DNA of 64,000 nucleotides. Source: Neoechinorhynchus agilis. Its lineage: Eukaryota; Animalia; Acanthocephala. This document shows, piece by piece, positions 58,532-64,000 of this stretch. The notes under the pieces were generated by a model. It was not told the origin of the DNA. It was given only the letters and a program-made list of their open reading frames with translations, and did no database searches. The stretch covers positions 8,341,412-8,405,411 of the forward strand of contig CM121342.1 in NCBI GenBank assembly GCA_051530055.1, given 5' to 3'. Both the position numbers and the translations under genes were made by a program. Every line of letters starts with the position of its first letter. Positions within the stretch are counted from its first letter, which is position 1.

Positions 58532-60779
58532 ATGCTGTTACTTTGTGCACTTCTACTTCAAAGTGTTCAACCGTTTGATCCGTCTAAATGCGTCCTGACA
58601 AGCATTTCCGGCGCCCAAGACGAACCTGTAAAAACATTCAGAGTAAACTTATCTCAGGAACCATCCGAACGTTGGAATGAAATAGCCGATGAGTATCGAA
58701 ACGAACTCAGGACTATTGTTAAAGATTTTCTTGATTATATTTTTACAAATGTTAACATTAACAATCAGACCAGAATAATGTTCGAAAAACTTACAGATCA
58801 ATACGTACTTGAAGACTTTCCTGAACCCTATAAAAGTGAAATTATGGGTATCGCAAAACGAGTTGGCATTCATGAGTCTTATATTCTGTTCGCTAACATT
58901 TTCTACGAAGCTTATTCGTTTTGTACGAGCATTGTGGCCTATGATTCGAAAAGTGAAAAGACGTTTCACTCCAGAAATCTGGATTTTGGAGCAATGTTAG
59001 GCGTAGATGTGGATGAAAAGTTGTGGACGGTTACCAAAAACCTTATGGAGGCAGTTGGGATGGACGTGAGTGAAATAAGTGCATTCTGATACTTAAATTG
59101 TACATGGAAATATCCTCTAATGTTTTTAAAGTCAACACTAGAATCATTGATTTTATTTCTTACTATTTAAATGCTGTAGTAATTCTAAGGTCGAAATTTA
59201 AAAAAGACACTTTAAATTGCCTTTAAAAAATCCAATATTTGTGCATCTTCTATTTAAAATGCCCCATTTAACTCGCTTTGAATGATAGAAGTCTAAACCG
59301 GAATTAAAAATCTGAGAACGGGCATACTCAGAAACAATGTTTTGATGATTTTGAGATTAAAATTACGCACGATAATTCCCAATTTAACCATTCGTACTCA
59401 ACTGTCTCGGCAGACGGATGATAGTAAGTGTGGAATTCTACGAAGATGAAAATTCAGAGAGACCTTTGTTCACTTCGGTTAATTTCGTCGGATCGGTGGG
59501 AGTTTTAACCGGTGCCGGTCGACACTTCAGTCTCTCGATTAACGAGAGATTCGCAATTAATGGTGGATACATGGGTATGCTTGAATGGATATTAGGCGTT
59601 AATAGGAAACAAGAGTTCATTACTCTGCTAGCCAGGGATGTTCTTACAAATTGCAAAAGTTATGAATGCGCAAAGGAAGCATTGTCGAGTAACAATTTAG
59701 TAGCTCCCGTCTATTACATCTTGGGAGGGACAGGTGGACGAGGGTCAGTTATAACGAGACTGAGGACCTCAGGCCCAATCGACGTTTGGGATTTGGAAGA
59801 CGTGGATGAACATGGTGGTATGCGTATTCTTGTTCAGACGAATTTCGATCGATGGAAACAACAACCCATCTATGACGACCGGATAACTCCGGCTAATGCC
59901 GTGATCTGAAAAGGTCTATTGATTTTTAAGGGAGAAATGATTTTGGTTTCCGCAAAACCCTATACGAATTCCCACAAAGATTACTTTTTTAAACCGTGGA
60001 AAACCCAAGGGAATAAATGGCCCAAATCCTTTAAACAAATAATCAAACTACCAAAACTTATTAGAGCATCTTTTGGAATAGATTATTAGATTAAGGCAAT
60101 AAAATGTGAGAACCCATCTATGACGACCGGATACCTCCGGCTAATGCCGTGATCTGAAAAGGTCTATTGATTTTTAAGGGAGAAATGATTTTGGTTTCCG
60201 CAAAACCCTATACGAATTCCCACAAAGATTGCTTTTTTAAACCGTGGAAAACCCAAGGGAATAAATGCCCCAAATCCTTTAAACAAATAATCAAACTACC
60301 AAAACTTATTAGAGCATCTTTTGGAATAGATTATTAGATTAAGGCAATAAAACGTGAGAACCCATCTATGACGACCGGATACCTCCGGCTAATGCCGTGA
60401 TCTGAAAAGGTCTATTGATTTTTAAGGGAGAAATGATTTTGGTTTCCGCAAAACCCTATACGAATTCCCACAAAGATTACTTTTTTAAACCGTGGAAAAC
60501 CCAAGGGAATAAATGGCCCAAATCCTTTAAACAAATAATCAAACTACCAAAACTTATTAGAGCATCTTTTGGAATAGATTATTAGATTAAGGCAATAAAA
60601 CGTGTCTTCGATCGCTGTCTAAATTGAATTTATCACGGGAGGACGTTCTCTATAGCACATTGTCGACGTATCCAGTCCTTAACGCTTACACTGTTCATTC
60701 GACCATAATGTGGACGGATAAAGGAGAAGTCTTGTCGTACATTCGAAACAGCACGATTGACACAATCAGTTATGATTGA
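58532..60779 (+). CDS. ASAH1: Acid ceramidase (Ntn hydrolase); exons about 58532-59048, 59416-59894, 60597-60779
   Basis: CTSIVA catalytic start, HSRNLDFG, FSLSINERF.INGGYMGMLEWILG, LVAPVYYILGG, VQTNFDRWK..DDRITPA|KTCL..LSTYPVLN. Confidence 0.93.
59049..59415 (+). other. Non-canonical stem-ended intron in ASAH1 (AG...AC, 367 nt)
   Basis: GAGGCAGTTGG pairs with TCAACTGTCTC (11 bp, two G-U). The join keeps the expected spacing, TKNLMGMIVSVEF. Confidence 0.7.
59863..60604 (+). repeat. 248-bp tandem triplication spanning exon end + intron + exon start of ASAH1
   Basis: AACCCATCTATGACGACCGG starts at 59863, 60111 and 60359. Confidence 0.97.
59895..60596 (+). other. Non-canonical intron in ASAH1 (AA...AT); unit length 206 nt, 702 nt after triplication
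   Basis: The join GCT|AAA ACG TGT restores TPAKTCL. TGCC-g-TGATCTGA pairs with TTAGATTA-a-GGCA. Confidence 0.68.
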
Positions 60780-61618
60780 CGATTGTTATAAAGATCATAA
60801 GATTTGATAAGAAAGTGATGATTTTTTTTGAAAAGAAATTGATTTATAGCCGGTCAAGATAATGCTGGCGGCGTTCCTTCCTGGACAGCCATTTTCTTAA
60901 AAGGAATATATTAATCCATCAGTGAAAGTCCTAAGGATGCTTAAATTGGCCAACATTGATCATTTTTAATGATCGGCTTTTAAGAGATTAGTACGAAAAC
61001 TGAGAGACATGGACCATTCAAGGCGGAAACTTCAAACTAATCGCAAAGAAACCTTTGATCGAAACTTCCTAAGTAGAAAACGTTCTGGATAACGTCAGTT
61101 TCGTAATTCCGGCACACGAAACACTCAAATATTTGATCACCCACCGCGAAGATTTTGCTTTAAAGAAGTGGCTTAAAAAAATCTTGATTAGATTAAATTA
61201 AATGCAAAATAATCTGAACAATCGAAGTTGCGATTTATAAATTCGTATCAGATTAAGAAACGAAAATAAGCCCGGATTTTTTTAAATTTTATTTTATTTT
61301 TTTAAACTAGAAATTTTATTATTCCTTTTCAGAAGTGTTTTATTTTAAGCTGGGTTCGTGCCTCGGACGCTAACGGCATTTCCTCGTTGGATTACGAGGT
61401 TAATCCTTTAGTGTTTAAGGGAAAAATACGAAACGAAAAAGCAAATCATTTGAGAGGTAATCGGGAAACAAAAAATAGAAAAAACTAGATACAATTTTAA
61501 ATGTAAACAAAAACGAAGAGGAAAACAATTTGGAATATTTTCATATGCCGCTAGCGATTGTTTATATCGGAAACTTTTTGCTTGTAAGTACAATTGAAAA
61601 AACTTACAAGCAACCTCG

Positions 61619-62035
61619 ATAAAGACGTACGCAAGATTGTGCCCCTCAAATATTGGAATCAATAAATTCTTTTAAATTTTCGGTCTGAATCATGAACAAT
61701 CTTCAAATATACGTTGGAGAAGTGCTTTTGGGAATAAAAAGCATCAATAAAGACGGACGCAAGATTGTGCCTCTGAAATATTGGAATCAATAAATTCTTT
61801 TAATTTTTCGGTCTCAATCATGAACAATCTTCAAATATACGTTGGAGAAGTGTTTTTGAGAATAAAAAACATCAATAAAGACGTACGCAAGATTGTGCCT
61901 CTGAAATATTGGAATCAATAAATTCTTTTAATTTTTCGGTCTCAATCATGAACAATCTTCAAATATACGTTGGAGAAGCGTTTTTTGAGAATAAAAAACA
62001 TCAATAAAGACGTACGCAAGATTGTGCCTCCGAAA
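61619..62035. repeat. About 128-bp tandem repeat, about 3.3 copies
   Basis: ATAAAGACG(T/G)ACGCAAGATTGTGCC at 61619, 61747, 61875 and 62004. Confidence 0.95.
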
Positions 62036-62786
62036 TATCGGATTTAATAAAAAAAACCTCAATAAAACTTCCGCCATAAACGTGAACAATACAATCTTTA
62101 AACAAATGTCCGGAGTATTTTGTGGCTTTACCACCCAAACAATGGCTTAAGTCCCAATCTGAGTACAAGTGGAAACTTGCTATTGATTAGGTTTTTATTG
62201 ATCGGAGTTGAGTACTTGAGAAAAAACATTCTTTTTCAAAAACACTAATTTAGAGTTCAAGGGATTTGATAGAAATCAATGTCATCTACTGGATAAAATC
62301 TAAAATGCCCGGAGATTTCTACATTTGAAATAAGTGAATTCTGCTATAAGGACGTACTTATGTTCTGTCGTATTTCGCTCTTAAGATTATCCTTGTTCGT
62401 TCGGATTGCTTTTTACATGAAGTGCACTTTAGACTCTTTTCTAAGTATCGAAAGTGATCCATTTTATCGCGTCGAGTAAACCAAAAATATTTTCAACGAG
62501 TGCGTTTTTTGAATTTGTACGTTGGAGTCGACTAATTTTTAACGTTTCGATTATTAGCATTACTCGTTGACCCAAAGCCAATTTATTCAATTTTTCGAGT
62601 TGGTTTCTTTGGATTTTTTTGACAAAATTTAATATTTTTAAAGGACACAAAACAATCAGTTTTTTTATCGACTTTTGGACGTAGTTCCCGAATTATGCAT
62701 AAAAAGATTAATGTAGTCAAATTTTCCAAAATAATTTCGCTACCAATTCTATTTGGTTTAACTTTAGCAAAAAATTATGTCTCTTT

Positions 62787-64000
62787 GATCTTCATATAAA
62801 AGGATTTATTTAAATTTTAAAACTATTCAAAAACTATTATTTTTTGTTGTAAAATGATAAACTTTTTTTTATGAAACTCTTTCACTAATGGTTTAATTTT
62901 TATAAATCTTCCTTTTCCTAATTATTGTTTAGGGTCCGCTAAAAAGTTTCTTTTCAACTTTTGGGCATTTATTGCATATTTTTTGATCTTCATATAAAAG
63001 GATTTATCTAAATTTTAAAACTATTCAAAAACTCTTTTTTCACTAAAGGTTTAATTCTTATAAATCTTCCTTTTCCTAATTATTGTTTAAGGTCCGCTAA
63101 AAAGTTTCTTTTCAACTTTTTGGCATTTATTGCGTATTTTTTGATCTTCATATAAAAGGATTTATTTAAATTTTAAAACTATTCAAAAACTCATTTTTCA
63201 CTAAAGGTTTAATTTTTATAAATCTTCCTTTTCCTAATTATTGTTTAAGGTCCGCTAAAAAGTTTCTTTTCAGCTTTTTGGCATTTATTGCGTATTTTTT
63301 GATCTTCATATAAAAGGATTTATCTAAATTTTAAAACTATTCAAAAACTCTTTTTTCACTAAAGATTTAATTCTTATAAATCTTCCTTTTCCTAATTATT
63401 GTTTAAGATCCGCTAAAAAGTTTCTTTTCAACTTTTTGGCATTTATTGAGTTTTTTTTTGATCTTCATATAAAAGGATTTATTTAAATTTTAAAACTATT
63501 CAAAAACTCTTTTTTCACTAAAGGTTTAATTCTTATAAATCTTCCTTTTCCTAATTATTGTTTAAGATCCGCTAAAAAGTTTCTTTTCAACTTTTGGGCA
63601 TTTATTGAGTATTTTTTTGATCTTCATATAAAAGGATTTATTTAAATTTTAAAACTATTCAAAAACTCTTTTTTTCACTAAAGGTTTAATTCTTATAAAT
63701 CTTCCTTTTCCTAATTATTCTTTAAGATCCGCTAAAAAGTTTCTTTTCCACTTTTGGGCATTTATTGCATATTGAGTATTTTTTGATCTTCCTATAAAAG
63801 GATTTATTTAAATTTTAAAACTATTCAAAAACTCTTTTTTCACTAAAGATTTAATTCTTATAAATCTTCCTTTCCCTAATTATTGTTTAAAGTCCGCTAA
63901 AGTTTTAAACTTTTTGGCATTTATTGCGTATTTTTTGATATTCATATAAAAGGATTTATTTAAATTTTAAAACTATTCAAAAACTCTTTTTTTCACTAAT
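62787..64000. repeat. About 158-bp AT-rich tandem satellite, truncated by window end
   Basis: GATCTTCATATAAAAGGATTTA at 62985, 63143, 63301, 63460 and 63619. Confidence 0.96.

Noticed and set aside
52131-59415. U12-type AT-AC introns as the explanation
   Set aside because: None has the ATATCCTT/GTATCCTT 5' consensus or an obvious TCCTTAAC branch site.
60594-60606. AATAAAACGTGT at the ASAH1 intron-exon junction matching the LINE tail motif
   Set aside because: The bases encode conserved K-T-C and no LINE hairpin precedes them; likely coincidence.
1-64000. CRISPR array or prokaryotic operon/defence system
   Set aside because: The repeats are homogeneous tandem units without unique spacers. 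The genes are animal-type with introns.

Overview
AT-rich animal (metazoan) genomic DNA, not prokaryotic. A compact gene island lies between a 179-bp satellite (1-3358) and a ~158-bp satellite (62787-64000). Recognisable genes: TMCC-family, ZMAT2, EMC4, a minimal intronless SRF, a LicD-family nucleotidyltransferase, GCP5-like, dolichol kinase, ALKBH4, acid ceramidase and an ABCC-like fragment. There are six intact-looking tRNA genes (Lys-TTT, Asp-GTC and Gly-GCC, two each) plus pseudo-copies. Retroelement debris is dense: CRE-clade RT/RLE, Penelope-like elements (PLE) with hammerhead ribozymes, CR1/L2- and RTE-like LINEs, and Ty3/Gypsy. Main finding: at eight junctions in five conserved genes (a ninth, in LicD, is less certain) the protein is best or only restored by removing a NON-GT-AG intron whose two ends base-pair into a stem. 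Inferred ends are AG/GG/AA...AC/AT/GT, and these coexist with ordinary GT-AG introns (ZMAT2). Second finding: tiny head-to-head pLTR inserts with target-site duplications, including a 209-bp element carrying two divergent hammerhead cores. All protein assignments are from remembered family motifs, not database searches. Intron boundaries are inferred and could be off by 2-3 nt without cDNA.
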